A stretch of DNA of 64,000 bases from positions 7,471-71,470 of the IMG/VR virus record IMGVR_UViG_3300010397_000006; one strand, given 5' to 3'. The notes below the pieces were generated by a model. That model made no database searches, was not told where the DNA came from, and worked only from the letters and a program-made list of their open reading frames with translations. The stretch comes from a virus. A program made the position numbers and the translations under genes. Below, piece by piece: positions 46,862 through 55,722 of the stretch (positions are counted from its first letter, which is position 1; every line of letters begins with the position of its first letter).

Positions 46862-47174
46862 GCTTTAAAGAGGAACACCGAGTCGGCTGAGTATTATTTT
46901 TCAAGAATAATTGCCTATCGGTGTTCCAGAACCGCTTACGGACTGCCTGCCGCTCGCGGAATGTATGGGCTTTTCCAGAGAAATGTTTCTTATCCTAACG
47001 CTCTATCGTTGAGCTACCCCGCCATGAAATATAGGGGGCGGGGGTGGGACTTAAACCCACAACCTTTAGGCGAAATTGTACTCCTTCTGGAAATTGCCAT
47101 TGGATGATGCTGACGCTATTGGAGAGACGCTGTTTCTGTCGAAAAGACTGAATCTCACAATAACGCTACTCCCG
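46862..47174 (-). ncRNA. circularly permuted tRNA-like (YrlA-topology) non-coding RNA
   Basis: minus strand: CCTAA, AGGTT, T-arm GTGGG-TTTAAGT-CCCAC, acceptor CCCCGCC, 13-nt loop, GGCGGGG, TA, D-arm GCTC-AACGATA-GAGC, G, TTAGG (47070-46994); outer helix TTTCCAGA/TCTGGAAA; RNA ends are estimates. Confidence 0.8.
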
Positions 47175-47924
47175 TTATTTTCCGTTGATATAGGAGAAAA
47201 TCTTGCCACTTACCTTGTTCTCCTGTGTCTCAACGGTATTAGCGCGCTGTCTCGCCTGCTTTACTGCGCGCTGTAATCGCTCGATACGTTCAATCCGTTT
47301 CTTTTTGTCAGAAACAGTCAACATGCCAGAGTAAAGGGTGCGCTCTACTTCGTAGGCAGGGACATCGGTGGAAACAAGTTGAACTTGGGCGGGGTGTTCT
47401 TTAGTTGCATCATAGAGAACGATGGTCTTCTGGGTCTTTACGGTTCTAATCTGTTTCCGATTCCCAGATACCCAACAGCCCTTCGTTTCATCCCACGTCC
47501 AGTTCTCGCTATCTGGCAGGGTCGGAATGGTTAAGTATACCTTGTGAAGTTCCTCAAGGCGAGACTCAAGATTAAGGAGCGCGGTTGCCGACCATTTCTC
47601 AAGGAACACCTCCCCGTCCAGAACGACATCTGAAAACGCGGTAGTGTTGGCAGTCTCCTTTTCGATGGTCGTGTCGATGTATAGACCTGTGTTCTCAAGA
47701 TACTCAGAGAGCGCAGAATCAACGTTTCCCGGCAGGGGTTTGTACTCGTCCTGAACATTGGGTTGGTCTTCGAGGATTTTTGCGAAGTGAGTTGTGATTC
47801 CCAGAAAACTTTCGGGGGTCGAGAAGCGGGACGTGATTTCTTTTGCCGCCTCAGTCGTCCGAGAGAGCAAATCCTTTTCGATTGCAAGAAGTTCAAACAG
47901 TTTCCGCGAATGGTTGTTATTCAT
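47175..47924 (-). CDS. uncharacterised coiled-coil protein co-transcribed with the tRNA-like RNA
   Basis: 249 aa, AAGGAG SD; motifs ATALLNLE, LYDATKEHPAQV, AVKQARQRAN. Confidence 0.75.
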   Translation of the reverse strand: MNNNHSRKLFELLAIEKDLLSRTTEAAKEITSRFSTPESFLGITTHFAKILEDQPNVQDEYKPLPGNVDSALSEYLENTGLYIDTTIEKETANTTAFSDVVLDGEVFLEKWSATALLNLESRLEELHKVYLTIPTLPDSENWTWDETKGCWVSGNRKQIRTVKTQKTIVLYDATKEHPAQVQLVSTDVPAYEVERTLYSGMLTVSDKKKRIERIERLQRAVKQARQRANTVETQENKVSGKIFSYINGK

Positions 47925-48393
47925 CTTTTCTCCTTATAACTTGGCTTCGTGGAGAATAATACTATATTGTATATTATTACTGTATTAGAGTCTTATTAGA
48001 AAATACAAAACACCGTGTTTTCCATATACGGGTAATTCCTAATGGTAATTTAGCGTTTTCTAATGTTCTATATCTTGCTTTTCCAACCCTACGAATGATA
48101 TACTGTAATCGGCTTCGCAGGAGTCTATGGACAAACCCATAAAAAAGATAGGCACACTCGCAACCGAAGCCGATAGTGTACCTAACTTTTCCCAAGTCCC
48201 CCCAGTGTCGGCGGGGGGCATCTCGCAATTATTATAAATCCATAATATTCTTCGATGATTGCTAAAGCGTTGCTAAGGGTTACAATGCGGGCTTCGCAGG
48301 ATGCCTCGACAACGCCATACTCATGACACAATCCCGCCACCAAAGTTACAGGTGGCGGGATGTTTTGGTTACTATATTCTGTTTTCAGTTTTG

Positions 48394-48585
48394 TTAGGAA
48401 GTTACAGAGGCTAAGTAGTTTCCGTGATAGATTGCCCCGCCTCCCCACAAGTTCCCGATGTAGTGGAAGGCTTCTGCGGGAACTTTCTCCGGCATCTTGA
48501 CGGGAATCTTTTCTTCCTTCTTGGTTGCCTTGCGTATCTCGCGCTTGGGGGCGGTCAGGACTTTGGTTGTTTTTCCGACTTTCAT
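48394..48585 (-). CDS. small basic protein
   Basis: GAGGT SD; coupled to the upstream gene. Confidence 0.45.
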   Translation of the reverse strand: MKVGKTTKVLTAPKREIRKATKKEEKIPVKMPEKVPAEAFHYIGNLWGGGAIYHGNYLASVTS

Positions 48586-48586
48586 T

Positions 48587-49396
48587 TTAGTACCTCACAA
48601 GTCTTTTGATGAACATCTTGATTTCTCTCTGCCAAGCGTTTTCCAGAAGGCTCCTGGCACCTTCCTCTGAAATTGTCTCCCAAACGATTTCCGAGATGAA
48701 CGCTTTGGAAGCCTTCCAGCCCTTGCGACACAAGTGGACAGTCGCGCCGGGATAGGGTTCCACGATACAGAGGACGTTGCGGGGTTCCTCGACTACGATT
48801 TTGGATTCTATGTACGTTCCTTCTTTCCAGTCCCAATCTCCCATAGTCATGTAACGACGTTGTTGTTCACTGGGCTTGAATAGCCACTCCGCAATTTCCT
48901 CAATGTTCACGGAGCCATAGATGCCGCAGTCACAACCTTCGTGAGGAGCAATGTGACCAGTGGGTTCAATCGTTGCTCCGTCGAAAGTAACCTTTATGTT
49001 GGTTGATTGACAATAAGCCTCCAACTCCATATCTTTCCACTCTGCGCCCCGTTGTGGTGAAAAATATTTCCCGTCGCGGTAGACGAGGACTTTCAGGGCG
49101 GGCAGGAAGTATTCTTTGATTCCTGCAGGACTGAGGGCGGTCAGGACTTGGGGATCGAAGGGGGGATAAACGTCATCCATAATTCGATCTATGTGTTTCC
49201 TGACTTCCTCGTAATCGCGCGTCTCGGCGTCGTCGGGGAGCCATGGTTCGCCTTGAGGTATCACGTTCGGGAGGGCGTAGAAGGCTTGGTGTACGAAGGA
49301 GGGAGGGGGCGGTGGCGGAAGATTCATCGCCGCCTTTAGTATTTCATATACGTCCGCTTCTTCGGATAGAGTTTTCTTTTTCTTTGGCTTCGTCAT
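48587..49396 (-). CDS. hypothetical phage protein (APHEGCDCGIY motif)
   Basis: 269 aa; AAAGGA SD. Confidence 0.65.
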   Translation of the reverse strand: MTKPKKKKTLSEEADVYEILKAAMNLPPPPPPSFVHQAFYALPNVIPQGEPWLPDDAETRDYEEVRKHIDRIMDDVYPPFDPQVLTALSPAGIKEYFLPALKVLVYRDGKYFSPQRGAEWKDMELEAYCQSTNIKVTFDGATIEPTGHIAPHEGCDCGIYGSVNIEEIAEWLFKPSEQQRRYMTMGDWDWKEGTYIESKIVVEEPRNVLCIVEPYPGATVHLCRKGWKASKAFISEIVWETISEEGARSLLENAWQREIKMFIKRLVRY

Positions 49397-49464
49397 TTTG
49401 GTTTCCTTTCGATTTTTATTCTTATACTATACTTTTGTTAATTTTGGGTTAGGAAGTTGGAACT

Positions 49465-49497
49465 AAAAACAAGCAGTCCCCATTTCTGAGGACTGCT
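49465..49497 (-). terminator. rho-independent terminator after the major capsid gene
   Basis: AGCAGTCCTCA-GAAA-TGGGGACTGCT followed by TGTTTTT on the minus strand. Confidence 0.75.
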
Positions 49498-49528
49498 CAT
49501 TGTGTTTACTGAAAGAAACAGATTGTTT

Positions 49529-50704
49529 CTATCCGTAAATCGTAGGACACGTAACGATCACTCTGCCCGCGAACTGGGAATTGTATACTCCCTGAGTACA
49601 CATAGCCTTCACCACCAAAGCTGTTTTTGCCCATTCCATGAAGCTGATCGCAGTACAACCAGGAGCCAGGTCTTTGAACGCCAAAGGAATCTGTGTCGTT
49701 TTGTAGACAAGTGGTTCCCCGTTGTGTACCATACGGAGCGCGTACAGCTTGGAGCCGAAGTTAGCGGCGATGCTTGAACCCGACCGCGTGAAGTTCGCGT
49801 CCGAGTGAACACGGATGGTTCCAATTCCCGTTCGGATTTCCGATGAGAAGTTGTAGCCGGGGGTCAGACGTTCACCACTTGAGTAGTTGATAATCTGTGT
49901 CCCTGCGCCCCACAACTGGAAATAGGAACTCATCATTTCCTGAACAGCCTGCGGGTGACCGAAGATGTCGGTGGGTTTCGCGCAGGACTCGCTCAAGAAC
50001 TGGTCAAACTCACTTGCGGCAAAGGAGCCGGAGGCGGCTATTTTTGCCGATGAGCGGACGTGCGCGCCGTTGGCAGAAGTCACCAGAGTCTCGATGCCGT
50101 CGAACTCCAAAGCGTTGTTCGAGGAGTTACCAACCGCCAAAAGGCGATCCCACTGATTCAAAACGAGGGATGCCATCAGGCGCATTTCCTTCGCCTTCAC
50201 ATCAGCGACGTGTTGACGTTGGAAGGTTCCAATATCGGAAGCACCGGGCAAGCCCGCGCCAGCGGCGGAGCCACCAACCAGAGTGTTGATGCCGTTCCAG
50301 CCAGCGGCGGCGACAGCCGCAGAGTGCATGATGTCGGAGATGCCGAGGGATTTCTTTGCACCGATGTTTTTCAGATCAACGGTCTTATTCGACCCGTCGT
50401 GGGTGTATTCCTCAGGGCATACATAGTCAGCGAACGCAACGTAGGAAGAACCGGATGTGAAAGCAAGAGACGTTAACTCGCGCCAAGTTTCCTGTTTCAG
50501 TCCAGTCGGGCGTTCGGGAAGGTCGCGCCACAAAGTTGTTTCTTCGCACATGGCGATGATCTCTGTGGTATCGAGGGGGGTGGGGTATTGAGCCGCAAAA
50601 TCGGCAGGCAGAGCCGCGTTAGAGATAACGGGGTCTGTCGCGCGCGTGACTACAGGATTCTGCGCGGCATCTTCACCCACATTCAAAATGGGTTCGTCCA
50701 TCAT
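49529..50704 (-). CDS. major capsid protein
   Basis: ~390 aa after the protease/scaffold gene, GGAGG SD, GNS...EFDGI motif, followed by a terminator. Confidence 0.8.
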   Translation of the reverse strand: MMDEPILNVGEDAAQNPVVTRATDPVISNAALPADFAAQYPTPLDTTEIIAMCEETTLWRDLPERPTGLKQETWRELTSLAFTSGSSYVAFADYVCPEEYTHDGSNKTVDLKNIGAKKSLGISDIMHSAAVAAAGWNGINTLVGGSAAGAGLPGASDIGTFQRQHVADVKAKEMRLMASLVLNQWDRLLAVGNSSNNALEFDGIETLVTSANGAHVRSSAKIAASGSFAASEFDQFLSESCAKPTDIFGHPQAVQEMMSSYFQLWGAGTQIINYSSGERLTPGYNFSSEIRTGIGTIRVHSDANFTRSGSSIAANFGSKLYALRMVHNGEPLVYKTTQIPLAFKDLAPGCTAISFMEWAKTALVVKAMCTQGVYNSQFAGRVIVTCPTIYG

Positions 50705-50751
50705 AACCTCCAAAAGGGGTTATGCGACGCCAAAAGGCTTAACCGCAAATA

Positions 50752-52230
50752 TTATTGAAGACCGACGGACTGTTGGGCAATCAGGTCGAATTGAGAGACT
50801 GACTTTTTAGCCAATTTATCAACTGCCGCCTTCTGCACAAGGGTCGGTGTCAGGCTTCGTTGAACTGTCTGTATTTCTTCTTTTTTAGTGGGGACTGTCA
50901 AACTCTTGGCTCTTAACTCGCCTTGCAACGTTTCTATTTGGGACTGTATCGGGGCGACAGTCTGTCCTAGAATCTGCGGGAGCATTTCGTTGAGAAGCGA
51001 ACGAAGCGTAGTTTCCAAAGATTTTTGTGCCTCCGCCTCAGGCGAAGGTTTCGGGGTGAACTCAGTCTTGATGACTTCACCGATCTGGTCGAAGTCTGGC
51101 TGAATTGCGGCAAGTGCCGCCTCGCCCACCAAACCCTGCGACTTGATGGCTTCAATCTTCGACTTCAAAACGGCGAAGGATTTCTCGACAGGGGTGGGTT
51201 CTGTTTGAACAAAACCAGAAGTTGAAATCGTAGTTGTGCCTACGGGAATATTTGCGGTAGTCGTAACGACGGTCACGGTATCTTGAGGATTAGAAACCAC
51301 CGTGTTTTCTGCGACGGATTCTTCCTGCATTTCCTCTTTGCCGTCCTTCTTTTTCTTCTTTTTGTCTTCCGCCTGCTCGTCATCAGGGTTATCGGACTTG
51401 ATGACAAGGACGTCCTCAGCCTGAGATTTCAGGTCGAGTCCCTTGACGACTTCCTCATCCTCGATAATAGATTCTGCGTCTTCACGTTTTGTAGTCATGG
51501 ATTTTTCAACCTCTACATCAGTTCTCGGATTGGCGGGTACTCTCGTCAAGGCGAGGTGGACAAGGTGTCCTTTCTTATAAATTTTATCCCCTACGCCCTC
51601 TTTGCACAAAGGGCATTTGTCGCCCAAAGCCTTGCGGACGAAGGTGTACTTGTCGCCGTGAGAGTGGGAGAGGTCAAGGAAGCCAATCGAGACCCTGACC
51701 TTATCGTCCCGCTTCTCAACCAAATCCTTCTGCAAACTCTTGAAAACAGCGCGCCCCAGAGGGGTGTCGTACAGGACGGCGGTAGCCTTGAGGACTTTTC
51801 CATCCCGGTAGATAGATTTCACAACGCCCGGAACGTTCACTCCGTCCTTACCAGACTTGTAGTGAGCGATGGAGACGTAGGGCATCCCCCCGTCCCAGGT
51901 TTCCTCGGCAATCACAGACTTGAAGGCTTCGGGGATTTCGTCCTCGTCCCGAATGTGGGCGAGGAAGTCGTCAAAGAGTTCAGTGGACATTGACTCGTCA
52001 TAGGCATCTTTTCCGGTGTCGGAAGAGGTCATACGCAAGCGCATTTCCCCGTCTTTGATGTTCGCCTTGACCACGTACATCGAAAGTTCAGAGACGCCTT
52101 CGTGGACGTTGGCATACAAAGCACGTAGGTACTTTGTCGCTTCCCCCTTATCGTCATAGCATTTCAACACTTCCCCGCCTTGCTTTGCGACACAGGTTTT
52201 GTCGCCTTGAGTTCTCAATTCGTATGGCAT
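50752..52230 (-). CDS. prohead protease fused to a scaffold-like domain
   Basis: DAYDESM, SIAHY, VSIGF, HLALTRVPANPRT; acidic/coiled C-terminus. Confidence 0.75.
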   Translation of the reverse strand: MPYELRTQGDKTCVAKQGGEVLKCYDDKGEATKYLRALYANVHEGVSELSMYVVKANIKDGEMRLRMTSSDTGKDAYDESMSTELFDDFLAHIRDEDEIPEAFKSVIAEETWDGGMPYVSIAHYKSGKDGVNVPGVVKSIYRDGKVLKATAVLYDTPLGRAVFKSLQKDLVEKRDDKVRVSIGFLDLSHSHGDKYTFVRKALGDKCPLCKEGVGDKIYKKGHLVHLALTRVPANPRTDVEVEKSMTTKREDAESIIEDEEVVKGLDLKSQAEDVLVIKSDNPDDEQAEDKKKKKKDGKEEMQEESVAENTVVSNPQDTVTVVTTTANIPVGTTTISTSGFVQTEPTPVEKSFAVLKSKIEAIKSQGLVGEAALAAIQPDFDQIGEVIKTEFTPKPSPEAEAQKSLETTLRSLLNEMLPQILGQTVAPIQSQIETLQGELRAKSLTVPTKKEEIQTVQRSLTPTLVQKAAVDKLAKKSVSQFDLIAQQSVGLQ

Positions 52231-52231
52231 A

Positions 52232-52531
52232 TCAGATTATTACAGGAGGCTGAAACTTCTCTCGAACTCCTATCATGAATAAATGGACTAGGTAACTTGT
52301 GACCATTCCGGTTGCGACCTGCGTGACTGGGTTCCCTATCCCAAAGAGGTCAATCTTGAGAATTAGGGCAAGAAAACCATAAACCCAAACACCAGAACAG
52401 ATGTCACAACGATGTAATTTTTCCAACCAGAACGGCAACTTCATAAAGGGCGGCTCTGGAAATTGCATCCAGAGATAGATCAGGATTCTGCCCGTCGCCG
52501 CAAACAGGAGCCATGTGGCGAAATCAGGCAT
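52232..52531 (-). CDS. small membrane protein with CxxCxxxW (DUF1360-like)
   Basis: HRCDICSGVW between TM helices. Confidence 0.55.
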   Translation of the reverse strand: MPDFATWLLFAATGRILIYLWMQFPEPPFMKLPFWLEKLHRCDICSGVWVYGFLALILKIDLFGIGNPVTQVATGMVTSYLVHLFMIGVREKFQPPVII

Positions 52532-52781
52532 CTGCTTTCTTGGACTTCGCAGGAGCGTCTTCTGTGTACTTCTTGAACACGTACAGGTTCGTGATGTGAG
52601 TCATTTCCTTGTTCTCGCCAAAATTAGTTTTGAGGGGAACAATTTCCACTTCATCGAAACCCTGTGCGAACTCGGTCACGGTGTCGCTTGCTTCCTTGAG
52701 GCTGATGCCTCCCGCAAGAAGGGCTGGCTGGCTGAGGGCGATGGTCGCAATGTACTGACGGACTTCTTTAATTGTTTTCAT
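52524..52781 (-). CDS. hypothetical protein
   Basis: AAAGGA SD; TTGACA upstream. Confidence 0.5.
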   Translation of the reverse strand: MKTIKEVRQYIATIALSQPALLAGGISLKEASDTVTEFAQGFDEVEIVPLKTNFGENKEMTHITNLYVFKKYTEDAPAKSKKADA

Positions 52782-52835
52782 CTAGGTTTTCCTTTCGTAT
52801 ATATTAATGCTAATACAGGTATAAAACCTGTCAAA

Positions 52836-53090
52836 TCACAAAATCAGGATTTCCTCGTCCTCCCGCCGCCGTTTGCGCTTGGTGGGGTCAATTCGGGTGT
52901 GGACGTTGATAATCGTCCCGCCCCCCTTGTGGTTACCTGTTGGCGTGGGAGTTGGCGGGGTAACAGAAGGAATACCTACTGGAACCCCTGTGAAGTCCAG
53001 AAGCCCAACGAAGCCAACCGAGGCAGAGGTGGATTGAGGGATACCGACATCGTATCCAACGAAGTCCGAGAGGTGAGAACCAACTGGCAT
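52836..53090 (-). CDS. small putative virion protein
   Basis: coupled to the upstream gene; C-terminal RRRREDEEILIL. Confidence 0.5.
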   Translation of the reverse strand: MPVGSHLSDFVGYDVGIPQSTSASVGFVGLLDFTGVPVGIPSVTPPTPTPTGNHKGGGTIINVHTRIDPTKRKRRREDEEILIL

Positions 53091-54575
53091 CTAATTCGTG
53101 TCAATCTCGTTTATGGGGTCTGCTCCTGGCGAACCTGTCAGGGCTTGTGTGCCAAGAGGAGTTGCGTCGTCTTCCTCGTAAACCGTAAGGGTAGTTCCTG
53201 CAATCCGCCAGCGGTTGACGAGTTTGGCAACTGCACCGAGAAGTGAACGGAAGGAAACCGCGTCTCCGTCCGAGGATGCTTTTGCGTTAGCGAATGTCCG
53301 CCTGAGAACATGGTCGGCAATCTTGTTTGCCAGAGCCGCGCCAATTGTCAGGACTTCCCCGACAGAACCCGTCAGGTTTCCTACAAAGGTTCCTGAGATA
53401 TTTCCAATGAGGTCAAAGTTCTGCGGCGTAGCAAGATAGTAGCCAGTCTTGTCCTGATTGGAACCAATAATCACTGTTCCGGTTGGCATCCTGCTTGCGA
53501 GGATGTAGCCCGCCTGACCGGGGGTATACGAGGCTGGTAACAAAGTTAGCCAGGGGTCGCTTCCTCCCCCTCCACTACTGCCTGTGATTTCATACAACTT
53601 CTCGCCCGTAGAGCCGACAAGCAGATGGTTCGCCAGTGTTTCGTCCCACACCTGATCGGCAATGGCAAAGATAAATGAACCCGTTAATATTCCGACGGGT
53701 TGAACAACGGAGTTTACTGAACCATTGACGTTTCCAAATACCGAACCCGTCACGTTGCCTGCGGTAACTGGATTTTGGACATTTAGAACCATCGAAAGTG
53801 TTCCGGTTATGTTTCCAATCATATCGAACGTCTGAGGAGAACCAAGATAGAATCCGGTCTTATCTCCCACCAGGACGGTTCCCGTCGGCATACGAGAAAA
53901 CAGCGTGTGTCCGGCAGAACCGGGAGTCAAGTGACCGGACAAGAGTTCATCCCAAACCTTATCCGCAAGCGCGTCGAGGAATGTACCAGTCGAAATTCCC
54001 ACGGGTTGAACGACAGAATTTACAGAGCCATTCACATTACCCAGGACTGAACCAGTGACGTTTCCAGCGGTTACAGGATTTATAACGTTCAAGACATTGG
54101 TAAGCGTCCCTGAGATATTGCCAATCAAATTGAAGGATTGCGGCGAGGAAAGCGAGAAACCAGTCTTGTCGCTGACATCCACCTTCGTTCCGGTGACGTT
54201 GAGTTTGCTTCCGGCTATCGTTGGAGAAACGGGGTCTTCGTAAACCACAGACCAAGTAAATGTTACCGCCGTTCCAAGAGGTTGCTTTAGGGAGAAACGG
54301 CAACCGTTCGTTTCTGCCAAATCGTTGAAAATAATTTCGCTCTCGTAAATCTGTTTATCTACTGGTTGTAAGCCCTGAATGGGAGTTACGTCTATCACGC
54401 GCGCCGTTCCCCCGCTCGCGACCATCTTATAGCGACGGACTTCCGTATACGTCCCTGTGGTCATGTTGGATGTATCCAAATACATTCTGAACTGCCCTGC
54501 GATGTTTGGAGAGGAGACGAATACCTCTGAGGCTGTTCCTGTCTGGATGCCGCTGGCAAAAGTCTGGATGGTCAT
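53091..54575 (-). CDS. putative virion (head fibre/decoration) protein with ~100-aa internal repeats
   Basis: DKTGF...GNVTGSV.GNVNGSV...ADxVWDE repeated; lies between portal and protease genes. Confidence 0.65.
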   Translation of the reverse strand: MTIQTFASGIQTGTASEVFVSSPNIAGQFRMYLDTSNMTTGTYTEVRRYKMVASGGTARVIDVTPIQGLQPVDKQIYESEIIFNDLAETNGCRFSLKQPLGTAVTFTWSVVYEDPVSPTIAGSKLNVTGTKVDVSDKTGFSLSSPQSFNLIGNISGTLTNVLNVINPVTAGNVTGSVLGNVNGSVNSVVQPVGISTGTFLDALADKVWDELLSGHLTPGSAGHTLFSRMPTGTVLVGDKTGFYLGSPQTFDMIGNITGTLSMVLNVQNPVTAGNVTGSVFGNVNGSVNSVVQPVGILTGSFIFAIADQVWDETLANHLLVGSTGEKLYEITGSSGGGGSDPWLTLLPASYTPGQAGYILASRMPTGTVIIGSNQDKTGYYLATPQNFDLIGNISGTFVGNLTGSVGEVLTIGAALANKIADHVLRRTFANAKASSDGDAVSFRSLLGAVAKLVNRWRIAGTTLTVYEEDDATPLGTQALTGSPGADPINEIDTN

Positions 54576-55096
54576 AATACCTCAAATATCTCCGCACCGA
54601 TCAAGGGGATGTAACTTGCAGTTGGAGTAGCAAAAGTAACCTGAGACGGCAACGGATAGGCAGACGCTTGCTTCACTACACCGAGGGCTTGCTGAAATCT
54701 TACAGAGGTGTTCGTTCTAAACAGTTGCCCACTGGTATTGTCCATAGAGACACCCAGATAGTAAGTTCCGGCACCGATTATCAGGTCTGTTATGTCGTAG
54801 TACTGAGGAACGGATGTCCCTGAGTGCGTGACGTTGGTATTCGATGTAAGTTTGTAGCCATCCTCAGAGAAAATCCCCACGTCGATATTCCCCGAAGCGG
54901 TTCCGCCGTTAGCAGAATAAAGTCTTTTGATAAGTACAGGCTGTGGAACATATACGGGAACAAAGATGCCGTCATTGGAGGCGGGAAATGCGCCCTGAGA
55001 GGGCGTCGAACCACCTCCCAACGCTCCAAAGGCGATGCCGAAATCTCCTCCGAGACTGGTAATGCAGGGCGCATACTTCCAAATTCTGTTTGGCAT
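54572..55096 (-). CDS. putative virion beta-sandwich protein
   Basis: paralogous to 55096-55629 (SGNIDVGIF...G.YYLGVSMDNT). Confidence 0.6.
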   Translation of the reverse strand: MPNRIWKYAPCITSLGGDFGIAFGALGGGSTPSQGAFPASNDGIFVPVYVPQPVLIKRLYSANGGTASGNIDVGIFSEDGYKLTSNTNVTHSGTSVPQYYDITDLIIGAGTYYLGVSMDNTSGQLFRTNTSVRFQQALGVVKQASAYPLPSQVTFATPTASYIPLIGAEIFEVL

Positions 55097-55629
55097 CAGA
55101 CTACCAGTCTCCTCGTCACTCCGACCCAGGGGATGCGAACGACTCCACTGACTGCCTGGAACGTAACGACGGAGGGTAACGGAAAGGCGTTGGTGAGTTC
55201 CATGATTCCAAGTACGCGCGCGGTATTGACAACAAACCCACTAAAGTTCTCAACCGTCCCAACGGTATTGTCCATCGACATTGCCAAAAAGTATTCACCC
55301 GGATTTATGGTCGTTGGTGTGATGGTAAGTGGCTGTGTGCCTGTGGCGTTCGACTGCGGGGTTGACCCTGCGGAAAAGAGTAGTTTCCCGCCCCTGTCGT
55401 AGACACCTGTGTCTACATTCCCAGACGGAACACCACTCATAATCATCATCTTTACAGCAGGGAACGGGGCATAAACCGAAAAGGGAATGAAGTAGGCTTT
55501 ATTCGCAGTCGCTAAAGCAGACAGGGAACTCGTAAGCCCCATTGCGTTGAGTTCTGCCCCAATAGACTGAGGAGAGGCAACGGATATAACGATTGGGTCG
55601 ATGTTCTGGACGGCGGGAAAGACGGGCAT
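55096..55629 (-). CDS. putative virion beta-sandwich protein
   Basis: GGAGG SD; SGNVDTGVY...GEYFLAMSMDNT. Confidence 0.6.
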   Translation of the reverse strand: MPVFPAVQNIDPIVISVASPQSIGAELNAMGLTSSLSALATANKAYFIPFSVYAPFPAVKMMIMSGVPSGNVDTGVYDRGGKLLFSAGSTPQSNATGTQPLTITPTTINPGEYFLAMSMDNTVGTVENFSGFVVNTARVLGIMELTNAFPLPSVVTFQAVSGVVRIPWVGVTRRLVV

Positions 55630-55722
55630 CCTAGCCTCCGTACACACAGACAAGGAGCATCAGCCCCATGCCTAAAAGAAACCCGATGACTAACCCGATG
55701 AAGTAGGGAGTGAACCAGTGTT

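Noticed and set aside
46994-47070. Canonical tRNA gene or attP tRNA fragment
   Set aside because: The halves are in permuted order, there is no anticodon loop or CCA end, and no integrase is nearby; reported instead as a tRNA-like ncRNA.
18186-52000. Long antisense ORFs (e.g. 18186-18920, 34490-35272, 51283-51993)
   Set aside because: Shadows of well-supported opposite-strand genes, with no protein motifs.
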